Assembly: GCA_964016885.1 (NCBI GenBank)
Contig: OZ024740.1
Coordinates: 299,832,001 to 299,896,000 of the forward strand
Reading direction: 5' to 3'
Length of the DNA stretch: 64,000 nucleotides
Source: Eledone cirrhosa
Lineage: Eukaryota
The first letter of the stretch is position 1; each line of letters begins with the position of its first letter. Below the pieces are notes generated by a model that searched no databases, was not told the DNA's origin, and saw only the letters and a program-made list of their open reading frames with translations. Position numbers and translations under genes: made by a program. Of the stretch, positions 29,637-47,074 are shown one piece after another.

Positions 29637-30045
29637 TAGCAGGGATTTAGCAAGGATTATTCGCTACATACAACCTGTCCTAACACAAGTTATATGCTAT
29701 ATAAGATTTAATATTCAGTCACCAAATTTTAGCTAGATACAGTAATGTTGTATTCGATCCTTTGATGTCGCCTGTTATAATTTCTTTCAACAACACTACC
29801 AGCTCCCTCTGTTTCATGTTCCCTTTCTGTCTCTTCTCGCTCTCTCTATATATATGTCTCTCTTTTAATCTACTCTCTCACAACTACTATCTCTTTCTCT
29901 CAATTATTTTCTCTCAATTATTTTCTCTCTCTATTGATGAAGGTACCCGGAAAAAAGACATATCTTGAACACGTGCTCCGATTTACGCGAAACTTATTTT
30001 ATTCCAGTTGTCTTCCCATTTCAGGAGCAACTTGCTTTCAAAGTA

Positions 30046-30214
30046 CCGTATCTCTTGGCGTCGAAGTCGCTACGTTCTTCCCTGAAATAAATCTAAAAAG
30101 ACTATCATGCATCTTGGATTCCTAAGGTTGTTTATTATATTTTTTCAAATGTTTGGTTGTCAAAATCAGGGTGCGCCCTCGAGGACGAAGCGTCTTCGGC
30201 GCCGGGAAATACGG
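30046..30214. mobile_element. Tc1/mariner(pogo)-like MITE with TA TSD
   Basis: Imperfect ~25-bp TIRs (ccgtatctcttggcgtcgaagtcgc / gcgtcttcggcgccgggaaatacgg). The empty site caaagta|tttacccatt is visible in the homologous Helitron at about 12241-12257. Confidence 0.8.
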
Positions 30215-30351
30215 TATATTCCCATTATGCACTATTTTGGCTGTATTATATTATAGACAACCACAAGATCACAGACTTTTAGTAGTATATAATCGAATGT
30301 AAAATTAAATATGGTGATGTTCAGTGTGAAGGAAAATTCATCGTTACATAG

Positions 30352-30605
30352 ATTGTCGCAGTTAAGGAATTATTGACTCGTATATTTTTTTACTATAAGC
30401 CGTAATACTTTTTATGCGTACTTTATCGGTATATATATATTGTCGTAGTTAAGGAATTATTGACTCGTATATTTTTTACTATAAGCCGTAATACCTTTTA
30501 TGCGTACTTTATCGGTATATATATATTGTCGTAGTTAAGGAATTATTGACTCGTATATTTTTTACTATAAGCCGTAATACTTTTTATGCGTACTTTATCG
30601 GTATA

Positions 30606-30610
<5 letters not shown>
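30352..30610. repeat. ~87-bp tandem repeat, 3 copies
   Basis: Units start at about 30352, 30440 and 30526 (attgtcg.agttaaggaattattgactcg...). Confidence 0.92.
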
Positions 30611-30695
<85 letters not shown>

Positions 30696-32719
30696 TAAAA
30701 CGCCTTCGTGAGCCATTTTTTTTAAGTAAAAAGAAATTCAAACACAAACTGGCGCGAAAGTTGATGTGCTTATACACGTGACTGTATCAACCAACCAAAC
30801 TTCAGTCATATATGAAAAAGCAACATAACCCCCCCCCCCTTCGTTTGAAGAACTTTGAAACGCGAACTGGCACGAAATTTATTATACACCAACCAATCAA
30901 ATTACTTCTCTAAAACCTGGCATTTCGTTCAAAGACCAACCAGATGTGAGAACAACCACAGACCTCCATCTCAACTCTACTTTTAAAAAGCAGAAGAATT
31001 GCGAAACCGGTAAAGGAACCAAATAAATATATATATTTAAAAGAAAAAGACTCGAGTTGCATTTTCGATTTCATCTTTTTTCCTTATACTTTCACTCGTG
31101 TAGGACAACCTCGGTTATTTTTCATTTTGTAAAAAAAACCTCACTTTCTAATATATATATATATATATTTAGTGTCAATGGTTCTTTAGACTAGATGAAG
31201 GAAAAGGAGTGCTATGAATTTTCTACAGCGCTGAAATATTCATTAAATCTTGCTACCTAAGCTTTAAAGGCTTACCTTTGTATTGTATAAATATGTAATT
31301 ATAAACATATAAAGGCAGGAGTTACTCTCCTTTACATATATAATATACGCCTCCGTTTAACCTCCCGAATTTCATATATTGTAACGGCAGTCAGGTTATC
31401 TTCTTGCCTGAAGTGAATCAAATCTCCGGCCAGACCATAAAATAAATTAATATTCAAATCAGGGAAATTATCAAGTAACTGTGTTGAGTAACATTAATAT
31501 ATATATATATATATATATATTTGAATTAATTTCCGTATATGGTTTACATCCAGATGTTGAGAACCGCTAAATTTGCTTTTCTTCACTTTGCCGTGATCAC
31601 TTCAAGTTTTCATTCAAGTTTTATGTTTGCTTTTCTCATGAAACTATATCAAAATATTTTCTCAATACAAAGTACCGACTTTTATCTTCCTATGTTCAGA
31701 ATATTTAATTGAACAAAAAGCTACTAATGAAAAAAAAAAAGAAAGAGTTTCGTCATTGATCTCATTAGATATGCATTGTGATTATTATAAACTTCGTGAC
31801 ATTTTAGTTAACAAAATTATACCATCATGAAATCTCCCGCTATCTTTGCAACAGCGATTATAAGCTTCTCATTAATCGTAGTACATTGCTGATTTTTGGA
31901 AAGGCGCAAAGCGAACTTATTTACCTTCTAAAGGCTCGCTCAAAATGTTCTTCTGTCTCACCCACTCTCTTTTTATTTTACACAACAAGCTTGTTTACTT
32001 ACATTTCTAAATAAAATTGAGGAAGTATCAGATTTTGAAGATGATATCAAATTATATAGTTCGGCTAGCAGTATCAGCAACTACAAAAGCAACATATACA
32101 GAGTCCTATCAACTCCGACTGAATAGGGAAAGGGAAATGGTAAACGATTTGATCCCCTGAAGATATCAATTATCAATCTAATGAAATATATTTAATGAAC
32201 TATCCATAAATACCGCAAGTTACAAACTGACTTGAAATGAGAAACTCCTCTAAAATGAACTCCACTGAAGAGAATGACCTCACCATGACATGCAATCAAA
32301 GGTATTTCGAAGAAATGTCATTGCCTAACATATAAACACTAGAGAGTGTGTAATAAAAAGCTTCAACTACGCTCAATTTGTTTAGGGGACCTGGGTTTGG
32401 GTGTACACAAACATTAGCCATCTTTAATTTCCATTGTCAAGTAGGAACAACAATACTGAGCTGGCTAAGATCTATTCACCAAATAACTATATCTCATGAA
32501 GCGGGAAAAATGTGTCAACATTTCGGATATTATCCTTTCCTCAGACAATAAATGAGGCATTATCTAAAAAAAAAAAAAAAATAAATAAAATAAAAAGAAA
32601 GTTATCTTTACAGGGAAAATCGCGTCTATATTCAGATAGAGATTTATACATATAAACACACACACACACGCGCACAAATACAAATATATATATATATATA
32701 TATATTAGTGTGTGTGTGT

Positions 32720-35220
<2,501 letters not shown>

Positions 35221-35229
35221 GTGTCATTA

Positions 35230-35268
<39 letters not shown>

Positions 35269-35432
35269 TAAATAGCTTAGCGCTTTCGGCTAGTTACCCA
35301 TAAAATCACCCAGCGGAAACCACCGAGCTCACGGTAGTTCCTCTACTTTTACTAATGTAACCACTCTGCATCATACCATGTAACAAGTACTTCTCTGAGT
35401 TGTATCTGACCGACGCTAGTAACGCAGGCTAT

Positions 35433-35476
<44 letters not shown>

Positions 35477-36024
35477 GTATGTATAGTATATTGGGCAATA
35501 TACCGTATGTTTAATTAAAAACCTTTTGAAAAACCTTTTGAAGACCTTACGCTATCAGATTTAAAGTAGTGACTATGTCACTTATTTCTTTTCGGCGTAA
35601 GAATGGAGAGAAACCGAGAGTCTGTTTCACGCTGGTTGGCGTTTATCAGAGCCACGTAAACCTCTGCTTTCGCTGAAAATTATAGAAGCTGCATTCTTAT
35701 AGAATTCCAGTAATAATCAGGAGCTGATTATACAGAGCGATTGCCGGTCTAACAAAAATTAATTATTAGGATTGGTGCTCTGAAATAGCGATTTATACAT
35801 GAGTGTGTGTATAGTATATTTGGCAATATACCGTATGTTTAATTAAAACATTGAGAAGATCTTCTTTCGCAAAAGAAAAGTGACATATTCACTACTTTAA
35901 AACTAATAGCGTATAGTCTTCTAAATATTTTTAATTAAACATAAGGTATATTGCCAAATATACTATACATAGATTCATTAATACATCGCTATTTCAGCGC
36001 ACCAATCCTGATACCTCTATATAT

Positions 36025-36159
<135 letters not shown>

Positions 36160-36192
36160 CATATATATATATATATACATACACACATATAT

Positions 36193-36293
<101 letters not shown>

Positions 36294-36296
36294 CAC

Positions 36297-36342
<46 letters not shown>

Positions 36343-36388
36343 GTGTATACATATAAATATACATATATATATACATAAATATACACTC

Positions 36389-36420
<32 letters not shown>

Positions 36421-39400
36421 GCATTCCCGGATATTATATTTAAATAATTTTATCTCTTTATTATATCTGCATCGAAATGAATGGTATGGAAATCTATTTT
36501 GTAATGGTTTTCCGAAGTCTTTTATCCTTCCTAAAACGTTCTTTGTACTTTTCTAGACCAACTCGGAAACCAATTTTTATGCATATAAAACAGGAATTAT
36601 TTTACATTTGACCAATCTTTATTTTCACGTTACGCACTATAGCTCTGTTCTACGTTGCCTATAGAAAGCATTGAATTGGCACAAATAAGAAAGCGCTGAA
36701 CTGAATGCCTTGTGATATATAGTTTTGTATTTCAATCTCATAGCTTTAAATTCTTCCAGAGTTAGATCTGATCGTATCCATGTTAGGTCGTTATAGTTTA
36801 AACAAGTAGTAGTCATGTACTAGATTGGTTTCGTAGAACTATAACACTATTTTACAAACCAGGTGACCCTTGTTAATCCTACCTAATGTTAAGCGCACAA
36901 GACGGTGATTTTGAAATAGATAATGTATTACTAATTTTAGTGGACCCACCGTTCGTGATTTTGCATAAAATCTGCTGTATTGTGTGGAATAGAAAGTTTG
37001 GTTCTTTGTATTGTGACCTTAAGTTTATTTAACGTTAGGTACATATATAACAATTATCTATCTGCATATTAAACCTGAAGTCACACGGTCTTCAATGTAA
37101 TATCTCGAAACGTATGTATAGAAGCGTGCTAAAATATTACTATGCTTTGTAAATTACACACACATGTGTGCATACCCACAAACATACGTATGTGATAGGA
37201 ATATAAACATAGAAATGTATACACTAATAAACACAAATACATACATACGTAAATAGTTTCATATTTACATGTAAATGTCTGTAAACGACAGATTTGCGTA
37301 AAAGCGAGGAAATGTTTTGTTTTTCAAGAAAGATCAAAGCAAGCTGACTCATATCCTTCAAATATATTCGAGTATTGTTATAATAAAGATTTGTAACACA
37401 ACCCAGACAGCCTGCATTGCATTATTTATTTCGACACACTGGAAACACAATATACGTTTCCATTCATCTTTTCAAGACGAAGGGCAAAATAATATTAGAT
37501 CAAATCATCCTCCTCTTTCGGAATTGACTACATTGCCTCGCAACTGGAATCCGGGAAGATCACTCATAGCAACCCTTTCTCTAGATATAGGGAAGTGTCG
37601 AGCCACGTGCTTACAATCTACTTCTCTTGCAAAGACTTTCTTGGACGGTTTCAGAAATTTATATTTCTGAAATGGTCCAAGGTCCTCTGTGTGTAAATTA
37701 TTTCCCAGAATGGAAACAAAAAAGATATGTGTACGTGTGCGGAATAAGCTGTCTCTTAAACATGCATTATTGAAAATGGATAATGTTTGTATCATTGAAT
37801 ATTATTCAGAGATTTCAAATGTCCCTTGCATGTTCTTGACATGCCCTACATTATCACTTGAAAATATTTATTTCAGTGAATGATGATTACCGCTATTTAT
37901 TGAAGCTGGGCGCTGTTTCCTGCATATTCGTATACCCTTTGAGACCCTTGGAGAAATCGAAGAATAGTTTAGCGTTCACTCTTCTGTAAGTCTAATGCTA
38001 TGATGAATGTGTTTATTTCCGTGTTATAACTTGGCTATTACATAGAACCTATGTATGATTGTAGTATTCTATATAATATAATATGATATCTTCGAGTTGT
38101 AATCATTTGCACGATGTGCATGCTACGTAGATGGTATCAGTATTTAGTTAACCACATACTATCAATACACGGCGTATTAAATATTATTTGTGTCCAGAGA
38201 CTAGAATTCCATCCAAACCCAGAAATGCGTCAGCTTTGAACAATTGTTGACTTTATATGAATCTCAATTAAGACCTATATAAAAGAACTGTTTCAAATTC
38301 TTGACCGGTCTTCTTATATCGAATGTATCCACACAGCTAATTTGCAAATACACTTCAACTTCTAAACAGTAGTTGCATTATCTCATTACTTTGCTTTTTC
38401 AACCGTTACTAAAGTGACCTCAGGTTATTATACTAAGTTATTTATATATCTCTATCGAAGACTACTATATACTTTATTTCCGTCTCCAATAGTTAGCCTA
38501 GGCTTGCGCTAACTACTAGTTGCCCCAAATTCTCTGGACCTCACTTAACGCCATTTGTTTCTCATTAGTCATTAACCTCTAGCGAGTCGAGATCGACATA
38601 TACTTTATTTGAATCATTCATACAAGATTGTACAACCTCTGACATGTTGCATTACTCAGCGTTCAGTTTTCTTACTAAAACGAAGTTAAATAGTTGCACT
38701 TCATTTTGGTTTAAACCTATCCTTTACGTGTATCAAGATTCCTCTTTTTACTCATGCCGTGACTCCTTCACCCAGAGACGCATTAATACTAGCTCTCGTA
38801 AAACGTCAACTCTCCGAAATGAAATTCCTATTCATTGTTGTATGGTACATTTTGAATTAATCCTGTTCAAACTAAATATCAAATTTATCAATCGCACTAG
38901 AAACAGGGGTTCATGCTAATATTATGGGCTTCACACCTCACATCTAGTGTTACCAAGTAAAATAGTGACAGCGGACGTCAATGATGAAAGAAAATAGTTG
39001 AAGTTGATAATGCAGATTGTCATGGAGGTAATAAATCTGTACTCGAAAGTTCAGATTGATTGGTTTTATTGAAATGGCGACGACATAATATATCAGACGT
39101 ATCAGTAAGTTGGTCTATATACACGTTATTAGAGAAGGAATAACGATCAAGTTTGGACCTCACTGTTTGAGAGTAATAGCAGGAATAACACCTGGTCTAG
39201 TTACTTTCAAAGATTTCATTAACCTCATTGGGAAGATACATTTTCGTATTAGCGACGGTGTGCATGCGGTGAGGTGGCACGTGTACACTAATAGGGTGTT
39301 CTGGGAGAGGGATTTGAAGTTAAAGAATACGGTTTACACATATATCTAGTGGGGTAAGCAAAGTTATTCTTAATTGATTGATACCATGTTGGTAAGGTAT

Positions 39401-41551
39401 CATAGATTTTGACCCTACATGAGTGGTAAGATTGAAAGCTCTACGTTTCCTCGAAATAAACTTTATTCAGGTTTATAAATGTTTCAGACAGTTCAAAATT
39501 GTAAATAATTCATCTCGTATATCAGTAGTGCCCAAAGGGAGATATGAGTGAGCCAAGAGACGTTTTGTGCATTAAAACACTAACGTTAATGTCTTCAGAG
39601 AGTCAGAGGAGAAATGAAACAGATAGCCTGAATGCAAAACGAAAGAAAACGGCAAATGGTTTTCCTTGGTGGATACCTTAAGAGAGCAGATAAAGTTTAA
39701 AAAAATAATCAATTAATTAGTTGAATGAAACAAAACCCGTTAAACTTCATCTCCGTGTTTGATTTCATAAAATATAGCTTTTTTTTTATTATGCGCTTGT
39801 ATTTCTGATTAGGTATTTTCACACACAAGTATTCACACACATAAAATATTATACAAACAGTAATATGTATTTGAAAATGTTTGTGTGTCGTACTGTGGGG
39901 GTAGTACAACAATGCAAGCTACATAGAATATTCACATCAACAGTTCAATTGTTATTAAGAATCTAGATACATGTCATTTGGGATAAGTCTTTCTAAATTT
40001 ATTTGTCAGGCTACAAATAAAATCATTGCTCTGAAAATATAATCATTGTTCTAAATTAAATAAAATTTGTTTTTCAAATTGAATTTTCTCTTTGTATTAA
40101 AATAACATTTCTGTTCGAAATTCAATAAAAAATTCGGTACGTATTTAAATGCAATTTTACAATCAACCGCTGAAATCGTATATTTCATGTGTGAGATATC
40201 CGCATCTCGTGGGAGTGAGAAATGTTATTCTCTGTTTGGTCTCATGTATGACTTGCTAAATATCCACTCCCATATTCCAGGTACATACACATACACAGAC
40301 ACATGGACGCACACGCCGTGACATGGAGAGACAAATAATTCGATGCTTCACTACGGACACATATATGTACACCCATATATAAATACAAGCATACATACAT
40401 ACATACGGAATGCAATAAGAGCATTGAATAGAATGTCTTGTGGCATTTATTCCGGCTTTATGTACTCTGAATATGAACAAAATGCTTAGGCGAACTTTGT
40501 CTTTCATCGTTTTGGGTTTCGATAAATAAAATACCCGTCAAAGCTGGTTGATTAGCGGAACTGCGAGAACATCAGATGCGAAACCTTGTCATATCAATTC
40601 CGATTCATTGTATTGTGAATTCAAACTACGTCTGATATCCCTGGATCCCTCAGAATCCTGCTCACGGCAATAATCGGCCAATGTCTGACATAGTTATACG
40701 TCAATAAGAATCACATCTCTTTCACATACATCTACAAAATTCCAAATACAGACACTGCACTAAAAAGGTGCCGGGAAGTAGATTTAATTTAAGACGCGTT
40801 TTAAAAAGTCAACTATGTTATATTTATATCTATTTTATAAATTTAAATAATTATGATCTCCTTCCACTTTGTTGGAAAACACTAGAGATTCCAAATAAAT
40901 ATGTACAGACCTTTAGGTTATCGTCTTTTTAATCCAGTGTATAGAAGTCTCATAATAGGCATGGCGAATGTGATTGATATATATATTTATGCCTGCATTT
41001 ACTACCAACCTTTATCTACAAAGTGTTATATGGTACTCTAGTGAGTCCCAATCCTCATCTTTCAACATGGGAGGAAATGTGTATTTAACAGGCTGTATTG
41101 AGTTCAGGTGTTAAATGTTCCTTTGTAAAAATATTTTGATAAACCAGCATTATATACAAAAAAGGGTTATTTTCCGGCAGCTCTGGTATTAGTATTAAAT
41201 GTGTATAGCTATCTCTATGACGTAAAGAATGTTACACCACATCAAATAATGCGATGTGGCTGACAAGAGTAATGCAATTATCATCAAGTGAAATATCATT
41301 TTCGATTATCGGTTCGACGCCTGTGTTATTTGGCAATTTTGTACATCGATAATAGTTTCCTTCCCAAACTATAAATATTTCATTTTACAACACTTAGAAA
41401 TACATTAGTAAAACAGCTTCCTACCTCACGTGGAAGAAGAAGAAAAAAAGAAAGCAGGGAAAGAATGGAAAGAAAACAGAACCAACCAACAAACAAACAT
41501 ACGATTCAATATCAATAGAAATAGCATCATTCTGTTCAACATGATCAGAAG

Positions 41552-41552
41552 C

Positions 41553-41620
<68 letters not shown>

Positions 41621-41630
41621 TAATAATAAT
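41552..41630. repeat. (AAT)n microsatellite
   Basis: Direct. Confidence 0.95.
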
Positions 41631-44600
41631 CACAATCATTGTCATCAATTACAGCGACTAAAGAGGCCGTAGCGACATCTATATACAGATTTATCGATTT
41701 ATCTCAAAATCTCATCGATCGCTATAGAAGTGTGTATCCGTTATTGCTGGAAATATAAAATTATTGCTTTCTGACGAGTGGAGTATATTTATTTTTGTCT
41801 GGCTAATTATTAATTTATCAAACAGATTAATCTTACTGATAATACGAATACGTAAAGAATTGCGTAAAAATCCGCAAAGAAATACGTAAATATAGGCGAA
41901 AATGTGCAATAAAAACATGAAACAAATGAGAAAAAATAATCTTCATTTTATTTATTTGGTTTTGCTTTACATCGATGTTTTTTTGTATCTTTTACTAAAT
42001 TTCGGACTGATTAATGAATGCTTGTAGTAAAAATAAAATAAACACCCACAATGTGCTAACAAAATCTTAAACAAACGTGATGGCGCTTACCTAAAATTCG
42101 ATCATCTTTACTTGTATGTATATAGACATAGATATATGTGTGTGAGGGAGAAGTGCAGAGAGAGAGTGAGTGAGTTTGTGTGTGGGGTGAATACGTAGAG
42201 AGTGAGAGAGAGTTTGTGTATATGTGTGTGTCTGTATGTGTTCGTGATGGAAAAACACTGTCTGGATAGGAAAACTATTTGAAATCTTTTTTTTTTTAAA
42301 TGTATTTATATCTTGTTCGTTTGGTGAAGGTGACGTTTTAAACCGGGTTATTTCGGTGTCCATAATAAAACCTATGTAAATATTTATATAGAATATGCTT
42401 AATTCTATTGTATGAGCCACGAGGTCGAGGTTTGTAAAATACGGAACAACTAGACTTACGTACGTGCAATGTCCCTGGTGAAATATCCTCATGTGTATAA
42501 TATCAGCAGTTTTAATTCAATGTAGCTTCATCTTAGGAATAAACATTAACACTTCTAAGAATATTTATAGGATCTCAGTCAACCTAATGAACATTATAAG
42601 CTTCAAGGGAAAATCACGTTCCTACATCAAATACAATATTACAAGGAATTGTGTTGATTTCTCAATAGTACTATATTTATAGAGTGGAATCTGTTTATTG
42701 TTATCACTTTGGGCGGGTAACCATTTCGATAATAACAACCGGTTGGTAGCTTTAAGCAAATGAATATTATGGAAACTATAATAATTAATATTGATAATGA
42801 TAACCGACTGATATTATATGTGATTACAATAAGCGAATTCTGCTATATATACATTTGCATTCACTTAATAGAGGAGCGACATTCGTGTGACTAATGTTTC
42901 GTCACAACAATTGTTTGAAACACTTGATGCGAAAAATGTTGGTGCAAAGAGTTTAACAGGGAATTAACCTTTTAGAGAAGTTGGGCGGGAAATAACGGCT
43001 AATGTGATATGGCCATGCGAGCAAGCATGAGTGTATAGAGTTGATTAGGTGGATGTGATATTTAGCTATTTGAATATAGTAGCAGATGTATTTGTAGAAG
43101 AAGCAAAAAGTAGAGAGAAGATTCAACGTGACAGGGACCTGTGTTATAGAATGTAGTTGGGCGAATTGCCAGCCAAACAGATACCATTCTTTTCTATGTA
43201 GTTTAACATATTTGTACTGTTGACAGCAGCACTGTTCAATATTTATTATGAATTGTTTAACGTGGACTATTCATCGAGAAACTAATTTGGCTGAAGTAAC
43301 ATTTTTAGTAATTTTGTTTGAAATGAACATACTTTTAGATTCCATGGACTGCCACCAGTCTTTTTGGAAAGAGGGAGTACAACTCCCAGTCCGTGTTCGT
43401 GAATATATTTTACCTTCGAATTTTACCTGCAAATGTTCAATCGGAAATTAAGTTTTTTGGCAGTCTTTTTTGCAATAATTTTAGTTTACATTTCTTGTTT
43501 TCTTATCTTAACTTCAAGTCCTTTATATTGTAGTTCATGTTTATGAAGATTATTAACACCTATAATTGTAGTTCAGTGATTGAATTCAGTTTGATATTAG
43601 TGTAATATTTCTTCTAGATAGTTGCTTAAATTGTGTGTGTCAGTATCTTCTCAGTTTTATATACTAAATAATTGTATGAATGGTTTTTTCAAAATTCTCT
43701 AGGATTTTACTAATTCCTCTTAGTTTCCTCCCTAGATATCGCTCATCTCCTTTCATAAGGCCTGTCTGTATTAAATACTGCATGACTGTATAGTAAGTAG
43801 GCGTGTAGTGTTTTAAAACATTATCTTTTAATTTCAACTCTTCAAGAGAGATCTCATTCTTATGCCAGTGGTAGCTTGATTGCATTATAAACACGCTACA
43901 GCGTTTCTTATAACCTTGATTTTATTTATTTATATAGTGTTTTTCATTGTTGTGTGTGAGTTGTTGTTTATGTGTTTGTTGTCTTGTAGCTCCAGTTTAG
44001 CAATGCTCTGTTAATTATTGTTACATCTCTTATCATCTTATCGTTTATTTAAACAACTCTTGCTAACAGTACATTATCCAATTACTGGTGTTATTTCAGG
44101 AAAATTTGGCTACTACCTTTAGCTGAACGATCTTAACATCACAATATGCACATAATATTCGTTATTCAGTCTTCTCTAAATATAAAGCGTTCTCTCTTTT
44201 GATTATTATTCTCCTTTTATAAAACAATTGTGAGGAGGAATAATTATAGAGTGGAGCTGATCTACGGATAAATTCATCTCAATATAATAATCCTTGTTGG
44301 AATAATCATTGGAAACCACGGAGCTAGGGTTTTCCTCTTGGCTTGACATGGTTGATGTGTTTTCTAGCTGTGCTTCGTTTTAAGTTGGTTAATCTGGTTT
44401 ACTTTACATTGCACATTACACAGGAAGATACAAAATAATTTATTCTTAAAACCTATTTAATTTCTCTCAGGATTCAGTAACGATATTGAATTTTTCCCTA
44501 CCATATCGAATACTAGTTTCTCTTTCTCCTGTTTTCTCTTCACTTCTTCATTTTCATCATTATCATCACCTTCTAATTCCCTCATCTGTTATTCTCCTGT

Positions 44601-46224
44601 CTCCTCCTCATCAACTACACCTCGTACATCTCCCCCTCCCTTCTTAATCACCTCCACTTCTTTCTCACCTTTTTCTTTGCTCCACCCCCCTCATTTTTAA
44701 TCTTTTTATTATTACATTAGTTTTCCACCAAATTATTTTTATTAACTTTTAAATAGTGATTATTTAATGAGAAAACTGACAACGCTTTAAACCCAATAGC
44801 TACATAACTGCATGTAGTGTTCTTTATTCTTACACTTAGGATATTTCTATTAAATCTTCGCTGTATAGAATCGAATCAACATTTTTATCTTGTTCGCTTC
44901 CTTGGTTTGCGCAATAAATATATGGATGCCTTTTTTAATAGACAGAACGGTCACATTTGATTCGGAATATCGCCAGTAAATAAAGCGTTAACAGCAGAGT
45001 TTAACATTGAATTAAGAATATACAGCAACAGTCATACCGTTCTTATACCCAGTCATAACTGGAAGAAAGATTGATAATAAATCAGCACTAACATTAACAT
45101 AACAGCAATGGTTTTAAAGAAACATAAAAAGAAACTAATATATATATTTCTTTAAATGCTCTACCATATACCTTTGCTTTCGTATCTTTAAGCATTGGAA
45201 GATGATTCACAAGTGGAGTTAAATTTAGTAGAAACAATCGAGAATTCAATTACTCTGTACTATCTACCCGTAGGGATGTATGTGTTTGTCCAACCTGTTA
45301 GAAATAGTAGCCACATCGCTCAAATTCTATCCTACCGTCTTAGAAAGGACCCCCCCCCCAAAAAAAAAAAGAAACAACAACAACAAAAAATGTTTGATAA
45401 TCTAGTAATCGATGAAGTGTGTCTGGAAATAGTGGTCAGAAATATCGATGACGTGTACAATTCTTCACCACTCAGCGACAGACAACAACAGGATACAAGC
45501 TGGCGAGCGAAGGCAGCAGGATTAACTGGACATTTGGAAACTCTGCTTCGACGAATCGAGACGTATCTGACGATCTTGCGATTTCAGAGTCAGGTTTCAT
45601 CATCGCTTCGATCGTGCCTCGAGCTGGTCGCCAAAGAAACGATTGTAATATGTCTAATACATTTTAATCCGTTTCTTATGTATATATATATATATATATA
45701 TATACAAACAACATAATCAAATTTCCAGTTCGGTAGGATACCAGCTTTCCATCGATGTTTCGCATAATTGATAGCAAATATACATTATTATCAGAGATAT
45801 ACCCTGATTATGTGAATACATTATGTGTACGTCGTAAGGAGTTTTCATTTTGTCAATACAAAGTATGTATTTCGAAAATAAAAAAAATATTATTGAAAAT
45901 ATAGATGTCTGTGTTTATGAAAGATAATCAAACAAATAAATACCCCTTACATCACTTACACATCAGCAAATACATTCGATTGTTACACTGTATATGCTGC
46001 TTTGAATTTCGTTTTATTATGTTCTAGTAAAAGACGTAAAGAAAAGTCATGATTATGTGTGTTTGGAGTTCATCTTAAATCCAGAAAATACGAACAATAG
46101 CATCGTTTAATATGTTTTTAATCGTTGTTTTAGTTTATATCCAATGTTGATATAATAAACTGAGAAAAGGTGAGTAAGAGAAATATAGAAATAGGAAAGG
46201 GGAGAGTTAGAAAGGAGAGAAATA

Positions 46225-46248
46225 GTGAGAGAGAGAATGGAGGAGAGA

Positions 46249-46326
<78 letters not shown>

Positions 46327-46347
46327 AATAGAGAGAGAGAGAGAGAA

Positions 46348-46438
<91 letters not shown>
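46225..46438. repeat. (GA)n/(TA)n microsatellite
   Basis: Direct. Confidence 0.95.
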
Positions 46439-47005
46439 TAGCAAGTTTTCTCCTACAAAATCCATAGGTTAATCTTAGAATTTGTCGCAAGTCAAGGTCA
46501 CGCTACGTGGTGTCCAGCCCAGAAGCACGATTTCGTAAATGCATGCATGTTTGTGCAAACCGCACACACACACATGAAAAGATTCAGGACCTCGATACTA
46601 TAATTTCATTATTTGCATATGCTGGGCATGTTCTTTTACAATATATCCTATTGTATATATTTACATACATATAAACGTATACATACGCACATGCACACGT
46701 AAGTTCTTACATAGAAAAAATAAATATATTAGCACTCAAATATATTCATATATATCTATGAATATGTTAAGCAGAGAAAAAAGGAGTCTTCGGTATTATA
46801 TTTAGAATCATCACGATATGTAGTAAGATTGAATATAAATCATATATAACTGTTATAATTAAATGTATGTGAAGATATATGTGTGTGTCAAATGTATCAT
46901 TAGAATGAAGGAGGGTTTGATGCGTCATATAGTCATCAAATAGCTTTGTACAATACATAATACATGGAGCACTGTACTTTCCTTTACGTTTTCTACGGAA
47001 ATACT

Positions 47006-47074
<69 letters not shown>

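Larger units (their letters stand above)
29307..30291 (-). mobile_element. Non-autonomous Helitron sharing its 5' region with the 12333 element
   Basis: Minus 3' end: imperfect hairpin tgacgcaatgggtca, then CTAG|T at 29307. 5' end TATATACTACTAAAA at 30291. 29981-30045 and 30217-30291 match 12185-12333. Confidence 0.75.

Noticed and set aside
43320-44260. Possible Gypsy gag/protease remnant on the minus strand
   Set aside because: No diagnostic motif is intact and no LTRs were found.
45195-45716. 173-aa ORF
   Set aside because: A non-ATG composite running through homopolymers and a dispersed repeat, with no recognisable domain.
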